Origin: an uncultured Bacillales bacterium
GTDB taxonomy: Bacteria > Bacillota_I > Bacilli_A > RF39 > UBA660
Reading direction: 5' to 3'
Length of the DNA stretch: 64,000 nucleotides
Assembly (NCBI GenBank): GCA_946412015.1
Contig: CAMKGA010000006.1
Coordinates: 127-64,126, forward strand
The notes under the pieces are model-generated. The model was not told where the DNA came from and ran no database searches. It worked only from the letters and a program-made list of their open reading frames with translations. A program made the position numbers and the translations under genes. Below, piece by piece: positions 50,520-60,271 of this stretch (within the stretch, counting starts at the first letter, position 1; every line of letters begins with the position of its first letter).

Positions 50520-51728
50520 CTACATTTTATTTAATTTAATTTCACTTTGGTATCTTTCTTCAAATTCATAAAAATATTCACTTGGAGGAAAATAATTATT
50601 ATTATAATAATCTTCAGATTCATATATATAATCATTATCAATGATAACTAAATCACCTTTTTTTAACACCTCATCTATATCATTTACATAACCAGTTGCA
50701 CTCTTATCTACTTTATCTATCCCTCTAAAATATACTTTATTATCTTTAAGTAGTCTACCTAAGTTATCCTCTTTACAATCAGTCCAAATAAGGCCTTGGG
50801 CTCTAAGTTCTTTATATATTTGATAAGCATCCTCTTTAGTAATATTATTAGTATCTACTTTCTCAGTTATTTCAATACAAAATAGAAAATCTAACTCATC
50901 TTTATCTAATACTTCATCTCTATATAAAGGTTGCAAAAATCTTTTATTATTTATTTTTGTAAATACATCTCTTCTTCTTCCTATTTTAATTACTTTATCA
51001 CCTATTTGATATACTGTTGAGTATGCTCCAGATTTACTTAAAATACAAATATCACTATAATTTATATTTTCATTTTCACTAAGTTCTTTTACAATATAAA
51101 ACATAGTATTTCTTATAATATCATCTTTAATACATCCAAAACTTACCATAGTAGTTAATATCTCATCTGACACCATTTCTTTATTGTTACTAATTCTTTT
51201 ATTAACCAAGTCTATTAAATCACTATAAGTATTATTTTCTTTTAATATATATTTTAAATCTAATAATCTAGTTGAATAGTTAATTATTAATTCTATATCT
51301 TTTATATTTATATTTTTATAATTATTTAATAATACATTAAGTAACGAATTATTTTCTAGTATTATATTATTATCTTCTATATACTTAAATAATTTACTAA
51401 TATCAATATTTTTTTCCTTACAATATCTAATTAATATTATATAATCTACTTCACTTTTATAAAATTTTAACATACTAAATATATTATTTTCTACATAACT
51501 CTTATCAATATTATAAAAATAATCAATATAACTCTTTATTTTTTCATATCTATACTTTTTATAAAACAAATCTATATTAGAAAAGAATAAATCATGCTTT
51601 ATTACTAAATCAGTAACTTTTGGCTCTCTTAATATATAAATATGACAACTACTCATTATATTTCTAAAATTATTAACAAATTCTTCTTCTTTATTATTTT
51701 TAATTAATTCCATTACATATATATCCAT
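50520..51728 (-). CDS. protein with C-terminal atypical protein-kinase-like domain
   Basis: SGAYSTVY Gly-loop, VIKIG, TDCKEDN catalytic loop, IIDND. Confidence 0.65.
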   Translation of the reverse strand: MDIYVMELIKNNKEEEFVNNFRNIMSSCHIYILREPKVTDLVIKHDLFFSNIDLFYKKYRYEKIKSYIDYFYNIDKSYVENNIFSMLKFYKSEVDYIILIRYCKEKNIDISKLFKYIEDNNIILENNSLLNVLLNNYKNINIKDIELIINYSTRLLDLKYILKENNTYSDLIDLVNKRISNNKEMVSDEILTTMVSFGCIKDDIIRNTMFYIVKELSENENINYSDICILSKSGAYSTVYQIGDKVIKIGRRRDVFTKINNKRFLQPLYRDEVLDKDELDFLFCIEITEKVDTNNITKEDAYQIYKELRAQGLIWTDCKEDNLGRLLKDNKVYFRGIDKVDKSATGYVNDIDEVLKKGDLVIIDNDYIYESEDYYNNNYFPPSEYFYEFEERYQSEIKLNKM

Positions 51729-51732
51729 CTAA

Positions 51733-52947
51733 TCATTTCCTAATCTTATTATCTAACTCTTTATTATACCTTTCTTCAAAAGGAATATAGTTTAAGCTAG
51801 TATTTACATAATCTATTTCATCTATATCATAAACTTGATCTATATCAACAACTACTAAATCACCTTTTTTAAGTGTATAATCTGCATCTGTTAAAAATCC
51901 AGTTCCAGATTTATCAATATAATTAATACCATCAAAATATATTTTATTATCTTTAATTAATCTACCTATATTAGTTGTTTTAGCATCCGCTAAAATAGTC
52001 CCATCACGTCTTAAATCCTTATATACTTCATATACATCTTTATTAGTAATACCACTCATATCAACTGCTTGGTTTATCTCTAAAGTAAACATAAAATTAC
52101 CATCCAATGTTTTTACTTCTTCTCTTCTTAATGGTTGCAGGAATCTTCTATGATTTTTTATATAAAATGTCTCTCTTTTTTTCCCTATCTTAAAGAATTT
52201 ATCCCCTATTTTATAACAGATAGAATAATCTCCTTCAGTAACATACTTAATATCGTGATAATTTACATTTTCCTCCCTACATAATTCATAAATAAGTCTA
52301 GTAATATAAGGTAGTATCTTTTGTTCTTTAAAATAATCATAATCATACTTACTTGATACTATTTCCATAACTATCATATCTAAATTATTATCCATTCTTT
52401 TATTTATCTCATTAATAATTTGAATATTTTCTTTTTTATTTATGAAAGATAATTTCTTCTTTAAATCCATAAGCATAACTGATTGATTTATAAATACATC
52501 TATATTATTAATTAAAACATCTTTATATCCATTACCCATTAAATATGATATTAACTCATTACTTTTAATTATTATTTTATAATCTTTAATATAGTTAATA
52601 ATATCTTGTATAGACATATCTAAATTATCTAATCCATAATTTATATATTTTTTATAAAAATTATAACTAAAATAATAATTAAATAATTTATATTTATTAT
52701 TAATTACATATTCCCTATTATATTTAGCTATATTTTCTATTAACGAAGTAATATCCTCAGACTTTATTTTCTTACTTATTATATCAAGATTACTAAAAAA
52801 TAAGTTATTATTTATGCATACTTTTATAACATCTTCTTGGTATAATAAATTTAATAAATCATCATTACTTAAATCAGTAATAATACTTTTAAAATTATTA
52901 ATAAAAGCATCATTTTCACTAATTAAATCTAATACATTTTTATACAT
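51733..52947 (-). CDS. paralogous protein with C-terminal atypical kinase-like domain
   Basis: EGDYSICY, FFKIG, ADAKTTN, VVDID; shares RFLQPL and LKKGDLV with its neighbour. Confidence 0.65.
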   Translation of the reverse strand: MYKNVLDLISENDAFINNFKSIITDLSNDDLLNLLYQEDVIKVCINNNLFFSNLDIISKKIKSEDITSLIENIAKYNREYVINNKYKLFNYYFSYNFYKKYINYGLDNLDMSIQDIINYIKDYKIIIKSNELISYLMGNGYKDVLINNIDVFINQSVMLMDLKKKLSFINKKENIQIINEINKRMDNNLDMIVMEIVSSKYDYDYFKEQKILPYITRLIYELCREENVNYHDIKYVTEGDYSICYKIGDKFFKIGKKRETFYIKNHRRFLQPLRREEVKTLDGNFMFTLEINQAVDMSGITNKDVYEVYKDLRRDGTILADAKTTNIGRLIKDNKIYFDGINYIDKSGTGFLTDADYTLKKGDLVVVDIDQVYDIDEIDYVNTSLNYIPFEERYNKELDNKIRK

Positions 52948-52953
52948 ATAGCC

Positions 52954-53760
52954 TCACTTTTGACAACTAGGACAAAAATAAGTCCCTCTACCATTAACTT
53001 TTATTTTTTTAATAATACTCTTACAAACTTTACATTTATCATTTTCATGGTTATGTACAAGCAAATTATTTTGAAACTTACCATGTACTCCACGAGATGA
53101 TTCGTAACTTTTAATAGTAGTTCCACCTTCTTTTATTGCTTCTTCTAATATTTCTTTAGTATATTTAATTATATTATCAAGCTCTTTTTTGTTTAACTCA
53201 TTACCTTTTTTTAAAGGATTAATCCTACTTTTAAAAAGTATTTCATCAGCATATATATTTCCAATACCAACTATAATACTTTGATCTAGTAATATAGTTT
53301 TTATTGGTAATTTTTTATTTTTTAATTTATCTTTTAAATAAATGCAATTAAGATTATCATCCCATGGCTCTAACCCTAAGCAACATAATGGCCTCTCATC
53401 ATATACTCTATCTTTTTTTATTAAATACATTCTTCCAAATTTTCTTGTATCATTATATTTTAAAATACCATTATCAAAATGAAATATAACATGATCGTGT
53501 TTTGTTATATCTCCATCAATAAAGTATTTACCTTCCATTCTAAGATGACTTAAAAGATAATAATCATTAAGTTCAAACATTAAAAACTTACCTCTTCTTT
53601 TTATATCCATAATTGTTTGATTCTTAACTAATTTTCTAAATTGATTAACATCTGGTTTATCTATTATATTATAAAGTACATCTACACTAATTATTTTTTT
53701 TCCTAATATTTGTCTTTTCAATGTATTTTTTACTGTTTCTACTTCTGGTAGTTCTGGCAT
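52954..53760 (-). CDS. mutM: formamidopyrimidine-DNA glycosylase
   Basis: MPELPEVET, HLRMEG, GIGNIYADE, C-terminal zinc finger. Confidence 0.97.
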   Translation of the reverse strand: MPELPEVETVKNTLKRQILGKKIISVDVLYNIIDKPDVNQFRKLVKNQTIMDIKRRGKFLMFELNDYYLLSHLRMEGKYFIDGDITKHDHVIFHFDNGILKYNDTRKFGRMYLIKKDRVYDERPLCCLGLEPWDDNLNCIYLKDKLKNKKLPIKTILLDQSIIVGIGNIYADEILFKSRINPLKKGNELNKKELDNIIKYTKEILEEAIKEGGTTIKSYESSRGVHGKFQNNLLVHNHENDKCKVCKSIIKKIKVNGRGTYFCPSCQK

Positions 53761-53776
53761 AACATCACCCATATTA

Positions 53777-53840
53777 ATAATAACAAAAAAATATATTATT
53801 GTCTAACGTAATTTGACAATAATATATTTTTTGATATAAT
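53777..53840. promoter_or_regulatory. mirror-image divergent sigma-A promoters
   Basis: Minus: TAGACAATAATATATTTTTTTGTTATTAT; plus: TTGACAATAATATATTTTTTGATATAAT. Confidence 0.75.
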
Positions 53841-53862
53841 ACGCCTTAAAAAGGGAGTAAAT

Positions 53863-54990
53863 ATGATAAATTTTGATAATAAATTAATTAATGATTATAT
53901 TAATGGTAACGATATTGATGCTACACTATTAGAACAATTAGAAGATAATACTGATTTTATGATTGAAGTTATAAAAAAAAGCAATGATAAAAAAATGTAT
54001 TTATTCTGTGGCGATAATGTAAAAAAAAATTTTAAGTTTGTAGAATTTTTTATTCAAAAATTTAAAAGTGATACTAATCTTATTAATGAAGTAGCTACAA
54101 CTTTTTTAAATAGTAGAAAAAAAAGTAATAATTTCGATTTAGAAAAAGATACAATTATAGTATTAATAAATAACTTAACTAAAAATATAGATGATGATAA
54201 TCTAATGAAATATAGAATTGAGAGCACACTTTTTTTAACTGAAATTACTATATTTTTACAAAATGAAAAACAAAAGAATAATACTTTTGAAGGTTTAGGA
54301 TTTAATATAGTAGAATCATTACTAGAAGGATATGATATTCTTTGTGATTATGTAGCAAAAACATTTATAGAAGATTTATTCTATAAAAATAAAGATTTAG
54401 AAGAAATTATTCACAATAATATAACTAATAAAGAATATTTAAACGAAGACAATATAGATAGTTTTATATCTACATTTATAGAACATTTTGATACCTCTTT
54501 AAATGAATACCTTTCATATGATCAAGAATTATTAAAGGATTTAAAAAAAGACTTAGATAGAATTTATAAAAGATGGGATTATATGATTAATGTTTATAAT
54601 AGCAAAAAAGTTGAAATGTTTAGAGATGTACTTTTACACTATTTTAAATATAATACTGGGGAGGAACCAAGTTTTACTTATACAGAATTAGAAGCATGTA
54701 TTGTTAAAAATTTAAACCTTAAACAAATATTTGATAATGCGGATAAATTTGATGAACGAATATTTAATTGTGAACTTGAAAAGGTAAATATAGAAAGTGC
54801 TAATTTAATGGAAACTGATTTTGATTATAATAATAAAACAGATTGTAGGTTTATTAAATTTGCAATTGAAACTGCTAAAAAAATATTTTTTCAAAATGAA
54901 AAAGTGGAATATGATCCATATATTGAACATAATAAGCAAAAGAAAAAACAATTGTTCTTTATGATACTTATTGATGATAAAAACAGTTAA
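53863..54990 (+). CDS. hypothetical protein
   Basis: Long ORF with GGGAG RBS and promoter. Confidence 0.6.
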   Translation: MINFDNKLINDYINGNDIDATLLEQLEDNTDFMIEVIKKSNDKKMYLFCGDNVKKNFKFVEFFIQKFKSDTNLINEVATTFLNSRKKSNNFDLEKDTIIVLINNLTKNIDDDNLMKYRIESTLFLTEITIFLQNEKQKNNTFEGLGFNIVESLLEGYDILCDYVAKTFIEDLFYKNKDLEEIIHNNITNKEYLNEDNIDSFISTFIEHFDTSLNEYLSYDQELLKDLKKDLDRIYKRWDYMINVYNSKKVEMFRDVLLHYFKYNTGEEPSFTYTELEACIVKNLNLKQIFDNADKFDERIFNCELEKVNIESANLMETDFDYNNKTDCRFIKFAIETAKKIFFQNEKVEYDPYIEHNKQKKKQLFFMILIDDKNS

Positions 54991-55024
54991 TTCTGTTTTT
55001 TTTTATACAAAAAAAGAACAAACT

Positions 55025-56407
55025 CTATTCTTTTGGTATATCAAAATAGAAATTTGTTCCTTTTTTACTTGATTTAACTCCATATTTAAAATTATGTAAT
55101 TCAAGTAAATTTTTTACAATGGAAAGTCCAAGTCCAGTACCAACAGTTAATCTATGATAGCTTTTATCAGCTTTATAATATTTATCCCATATATATTTTA
55201 ATTCTTCATCACCAATTCCTTTTCCACTATCAATAACTTCTACTCTTACATATTTATTATTATCACTCAAATTTACATTTACAATTTTGTTTTTTCCAGT
55301 ATAATTAATCGCATTATTAATTAAATTATATATTACTTGTTCTAATCTTTTTATATCAGCCTTTATAATATACTCTTTATCATAATTAAAATTAATTTTA
55401 TAATTATCTCTTTCTTCTAAGACTTTATATCTAGTTAATATTGATTTCATTAAATCATTTAAATTTAATCTTTTTATTTCTAACTTCATTGTTTTAGCTT
55501 GCGACTGAGATAAATCTAATATATCTTCAACAAGCATATTTAATCTATCAGTTTCATTAATGATAACATTTAAATTTGCCTCTCTTTTTTTCTCATTTGA
55601 ATAAGTTAGGTCTCTTACCATTTCTGCATTTGCTTTAATTAAAGTAAGTGGTGTTTTTAAATCATGTGATACGTTTGCCATAAGTTCACGTCTTAAATTC
55701 TCTGTTTTAGAAAGTTCACTAGTTGCCTTATTAAGAGTATATGCAAGCTCATTAATCTCTTCAATATTTGACTCTTTAAACTTAACAAAATAATCTCCAT
55801 TTACCATTTTCTTACTTTCTTTAGTCATTTTAACAATTGGATTTGAAAATTTCTTAGATAAAAAGTATGCAAGAGCAAGTGAGATAGTAAGTACAATAAA
55901 AGTCCCATAAATAAATTCTTTTTGAATTACACTAAGTATTGATGTCATTATATTTAAAGGGGTACTTATAAATATAATTCTGTTTCCTAATTTTTTTCCA
56001 TAAATAAGTAATTCATCATTATAAATATAATTATAAGATGTAAATGTAATTTTTTCTAAATCACTCTTTATAAATTTATTTTTAGCTTTATTAACAACCT
56101 TACTATCTATTAAAAAGCAATTATTATTTGCAACAGATGTATAAGAAGTTTTTGTGTCTTTATTATCTATAATCTCAATACACACATTATTTTTATATGA
56201 CAACATATTTAATTCATTAACATCAATTTTATCATTACTTGCTGCTCTTATAACATCTCTTGATACATAATTCATATCATTTTTCTTAAAATATTTATAA
56301 TAACTATTTAAAAATATTATTTGAAAAAACCAAATTATACTAAGAGTAAAAAAAGAAAAAACTACTAACACAATAAATAAATGAGTCTTAAAACTATACT
56401 TCTTCAA
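55025..56407 (-). CDS. HAMP sensor histidine kinase
   Basis: Two TM segments, SHDLKTPL H-box, N, G1, F and G2 boxes. Confidence 0.95.
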   Translation of the reverse strand: MKKYSFKTHLFIVLVVFSFFTLSIIWFFQIIFLNSYYKYFKKNDMNYVSRDVIRAASNDKIDVNELNMLSYKNNVCIEIIDNKDTKTSYTSVANNNCFLIDSKVVNKAKNKFIKSDLEKITFTSYNYIYNDELLIYGKKLGNRIIFISTPLNIMTSILSVIQKEFIYGTFIVLTISLALAYFLSKKFSNPIVKMTKESKKMVNGDYFVKFKESNIEEINELAYTLNKATSELSKTENLRRELMANVSHDLKTPLTLIKANAEMVRDLTYSNEKKREANLNVIINETDRLNMLVEDILDLSQSQAKTMKLEIKRLNLNDLMKSILTRYKVLEERDNYKINFNYDKEYIIKADIKRLEQVIYNLINNAINYTGKNKIVNVNLSDNNKYVRVEVIDSGKGIGDEELKYIWDKYYKADKSYHRLTVGTGLGLSIVKNLLELHNFKYGVKSSKKGTNFYFDIPKE

Positions 56408-57059
56408 ATTTATATCCCATTCCTCTTACAGTAACAATCAAATCACGATACTCCCCTAAATTATTTCTAAGCATTTTAATATGAGTGTCAATTGTTCTAT
56501 CATCTCCATAAAAATCATAACCCCATACTTTACTTAATAGTGTCTCTCTTGAGAGTGCAATTGACTTATTTTGTACAAATAAGACTAATAGCTCATATTC
56601 TTTTGGAGTAAGTTTAATCTCTTTTGAGTTTATTGTTACTTTATGTCCTAAATAATCTATAACTAGAGTTTTATATTTATAAATATTACTATCATCCTTA
56701 ACTCCCCTATTACTTATAGCTTTAATACGGGCAATTAGTTCCTTTGGACTAAATGGCTTAGTTACATAATCATCAACCCCAAGTTCAAAACTTAAAAGTT
56801 TATTATACTCTTCACTACGAGCGGATAACATTATAACTGGAACTTTACTTAATTTTCTAATTTCCTTTAATGTTGTATAACCATCCATTTTAGGCATCAT
56901 TATATCTAAAACAATTATATCTATATCATCATTATTCTTTACAGCATTTAAAGCACTCATGCCATCTTCTGCTTCCATTACATCATAATTTTCAAATAAA
57001 CAATATTCTTTTATTACATCTCTAATTCCTGATTCATCATCTACTATCAATACCTTCAT
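56394..57059 (-). CDS. OmpR-family response regulator
   Basis: VDDE, LDIMMP, KPFS, winged-helix TVRGMGY. Confidence 0.96.
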   Translation of the reverse strand: MKVLIVDDESGIRDVIKEYCLFENYDVMEAEDGMSALNAVKNNDDIDIIVLDIMMPKMDGYTTLKEIRKLSKVPVIMLSARSEEYNKLLSFELGVDDYVTKPFSPKELIARIKAISNRGVKDDSNIYKYKTLVIDYLGHKVTINSKEIKLTPKEYELLVLFVQNKSIALSRETLLSKVWGYDFYGDDRTIDTHIKMLRNNLGEYRDLIVTVRGMGYKFEEV

Positions 57060-57131
57060 ACGTCACCTCTAATTATTATTATACATAAATTTGTGTATAA
57101 ATAGTGAAATAAAAGAAAAAATATTCTTCAT

Positions 57132-58124
57132 TTAGAAAAATATTTTAGGTATAAATATTATTAACCCTGCAACCAGTGCCGCTACGGATGCAAAAAATAC
57201 TGCTGCTGCGGACGTATCTTTCGCAATTTTAGCACGTTCATCATACTTAGTTGTTACAAGATCTACTGTATTTTCTATTGAGGTATTTACATATTCTAAA
57301 GATATTACTAGTCCAAACAAAATTATACATATACACCATTCAACGCCACTTATTTTTAATAAATAGCCAAATACTACAACAAATAACATTGCAATAAAAT
57401 GAATCTTTATATTACGCTCTTTTTTAAATCCTAAAAATATACCTGATATAGCATAATAAAAACTTTTATATATTGGTTGTTTTTTAACACCTTCATTAGT
57501 TACAATCTTCATAAACCTAGTAAATACAATTAAATAAATAACAGATACTGCAAAACCAGCTATTACATCACTAAAATAATGAACGTGTAAATATATTCTA
57601 CTTATTCCAACTAACATTATCATCAAAAATATTAGAAAGGATAATATATATTTAAAATATTTATTTATTTTTACATGAAATAATATATATATAAATAAAC
57701 CATAAAAAGCCATAGATACCATCGCATGACCTGATGGAAAACTATATCCATATTCATCAATCAACATAAATTCAGGTCTTGGACGCGTATAAATATGTTT
57801 TAATATAAAATTTAAAATAATAATAAATACTAAATTAGTTATAACAAAAGGACAATATTTATAACTCTTTTTAATAATACATATAAGTATAAATATTAAA
57901 CAAGCTATACTTATCGCTTTCCAAGCAATTATATTAGAAATAAATTTAAAAAATGATGTTAAATTATTACTTTGAAATTGTCTTATAAAATTATAAATAC
58001 TATTATCTATACCAAGTCCAGGATTACTTTTAATTCTGATTGCAAATACAATAAATATTATCGACATAAAAAGTAATACTACCCATTTATAATTGTTCTT
58101 AACTATTTTTTTCACATTATCCAT
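57132..58124 (-). CDS. PAP2 phosphatase-DgkA (undecaprenol/diacylglycerol kinase) fusion
   Basis: K..RPRP, SFPSGH, SRIYLHVHYFSD followed by ERN..IH, EYVNTSIE, AKD. Confidence 0.88.
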   Translation of the reverse strand: MDNVKKIVKNNYKWVVLLFMSIIFIVFAIRIKSNPGLGIDNSIYNFIRQFQSNNLTSFFKFISNIIAWKAISIACLIFILICIIKKSYKYCPFVITNLVFIIILNFILKHIYTRPRPEFMLIDEYGYSFPSGHAMVSMAFYGLFIYILFHVKINKYFKYILSFLIFLMIMLVGISRIYLHVHYFSDVIAGFAVSVIYLIVFTRFMKIVTNEGVKKQPIYKSFYYAISGIFLGFKKERNIKIHFIAMLFVVVFGYLLKISGVEWCICIILFGLVISLEYVNTSIENTVDLVTTKYDERAKIAKDTSAAAVFFASVAALVAGLIIFIPKIFF

Positions 58125-58207
58125 ACTACCACCTAAAAATATTATATATGTTAATTAATTTTTTATCAAGAAAAAAGAATGTATTAAACACTCTTAATCA
58201 ATTGTAG

Positions 58208-59422
58208 TTACTTTAACGCTGTCTTTTTGAGTGTTACAACAGGACGCACTGTTCCACCATAATTTGTAACATCAACATTTGATATTTTTTGATCAAAAAG
58301 AACACAATACACTTCTGATTCAGAACCATTATATTCACTCATTACCCAATACCAATAATCTTTACTATATGAAAAACTATATACATTTTCATTAACATCA
58401 TTTAATTCACCATAGCCTAAATTATTTCTTAATTCTTCAATAGTTAATAAGCGCGATTCATATCCTAGTTCATCTTTATGTAAATCAGAAACTTTAATTT
58501 TAGCGCTAGTCCAAGCATCTATAACGTACCTTATTTCGCTGTTTTCATAATCAGATTTACAATTTGATTTATCTGAAGAATTACAATTGGCACTACTATA
58601 ATATGCCATACCTCCATAACCATTATGATTATGTGCTTTGCCTAATCCACCATTACCATTACTAGGATACATGTTAACATGGCCTACACCATATTCATTA
58701 ACTTCATCAATAAGTAATGCATCTTCTTTTAATAAAGTAACAAATTCAGTATTCTCATCAGAATCCTTTATGACGTAAAAATTCATATCATTATACTTAA
58801 TTTTATTTCCAGTTTTATATGACTTATATAATATATTACCATATGTATAATCCTTTACTTTTTTTCCATTAACACTACAATTATTTAAGTAGATACTTCC
58901 ATCAGTGTTAATTTGTGAATTACATATTACATCTTTATCTAATTTTGGTAAATCAAGTAATCTATAGTTTATTGGATACTTGTTATTTTTTTTATAATAA
59001 TCTTTTAGTGCCAGCTCTATATTATTACCTAATTTATCTACATATTCTTCATTAGTTAATACTAAAGTACCATAATGATAATATCCATCTTCTGTATTAT
59101 CAGATACTTTCTTACCATTTACCTTACACTCCGATAAATAAATAGTTTTATCAGGATTTATTCTTCTTACCTCACATTCTATAACATTACCTGTATATTC
59201 TATTTCTAACTGATCTATAGAATCAGGATATTTTAAGTGACGAGATTGATATTCTTCCATAGCTATTTCTACTATCTTACCATAATTATCTATACTTCTT
59301 TTATTAGCATTATTTTTTACACTTTTAATAACATTTATAACTAACATACTAGATATTAAAGATATTATACCTAACACTATAATTACGCTTATTAATTCTA
59401 TTAAAGTAAAAGCTTTTTTCAT
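58208..59422 (-). CDS. type IV prepilin-like protein with duplicated pilin domain and a C-terminal ...VRPVVTL domain
   Basis: KKAFTLIELISVI N-methylation motif; internal repeat (IYL..C.VNGKKV x2). Confidence 0.8.
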   Translation of the reverse strand: MKKAFTLIELISVIIVLGIISLISSMLVINVIKSVKNNANKRSIDNYGKIVEIAMEEYQSRHLKYPDSIDQLEIEYTGNVIECEVRRINPDKTIYLSECKVNGKKVSDNTEDGYYHYGTLVLTNEEYVDKLGNNIELALKDYYKKNNKYPINYRLLDLPKLDKDVICNSQINTDGSIYLNNCSVNGKKVKDYTYGNILYKSYKTGNKIKYNDMNFYVIKDSDENTEFVTLLKEDALLIDEVNEYGVGHVNMYPSNGNGGLGKAHNHNGYGGMAYYSSANCNSSDKSNCKSDYENSEIRYVIDAWTSAKIKVSDLHKDELGYESRLLTIEELRNNLGYGELNDVNENVYSFSYSKDYWYWVMSEYNGSESEVYCVLFDQKISNVDVTNYGGTVRPVVTLKKTALK

Positions 59423-59505
59423 TATATCACCCTATTACTTTTGTTTGAAAATATTTTCTACTTTTATATTATTATAATATATTTTTATATTAAAAAAAAG
59501 ATGCT

Positions 59506-60255
59506 TTACATCTTCTTTCCACAATTATCACAGAATTTAGCATCTTTTTTTATATCACGTCCACATTCAGGACATTTACTATCTTCGTCTTTTATACCTT
59601 CCTTAATTCCTTTGCCAATTTCTTTTGCAATTTCTCCATAAACTGGAGCCATCTCTTTTGCAACAGTAGCACCTACTTTACCAAGCGTTGGAGCCATTTT
59701 TTCCATTCCTTCCTGTGCAACAGGCATTGTTTGTTGCATATAATATGCTGTTATGTTTCTACGCTTAGATGTCAAAATAAGCATGCTTCCAATAGCTAAA
59801 CATGGCATTAAAACCATAAGTGCTGGAACTAGTGAAAACATAATTCTACCATTAGAAAATGAACTTTCTGCATCATGAATTTGTGCTTTAATTTTACAAT
59901 ACTCGTGAGTAGTCTCGTGATCACTATAAGTTGATATACTTTCACAAGTACTTAAGCTTGGATCCAATGCATTATTAATTTGTTCCATCTCATATCCTTC
60001 TTTATCTTTATAATCCCAAGATTCAGTAACACCTTTTGCCTTTAATTCATTATATCTACTTTCCAACTGCGGTTTAAGTTCTTCTAATTTTTGTTTTAAT
60101 TGTTCCGTATTTACTTTACTACTACTTAATATTTTTGGGACAAACATAACTATAAAAATAATTACTCCTAATATAATTAACCCAAGTCCTGCAAAAAACA
60201 ATCCTTTATTTGTTTTTTGATATTTTTCTTCATTTAATAATTCTTTATTTTCCAT
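59506..60255 (-). CDS. membrane protein with C-terminal zinc ribbon
   Basis: Two TM segments; CPECG...FCDNCG. Confidence 0.75.
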   Translation of the reverse strand: MENKELLNEEKYQKTNKGLFFAGLGLIILGVIIFIVMFVPKILSSSKVNTEQLKQKLEELKPQLESRYNELKAKGVTESWDYKDKEGYEMEQINNALDPSLSTCESISTYSDHETTHEYCKIKAQIHDAESSFSNGRIMFSLVPALMVLMPCLAIGSMLILTSKRRNITAYYMQQTMPVAQEGMEKMAPTLGKVGATVAKEMAPVYGEIAKEIGKGIKEGIKDEDSKCPECGRDIKKDAKFCDNCGKKM

Positions 60256-60271
60256 AATTACTCCTTTTATT

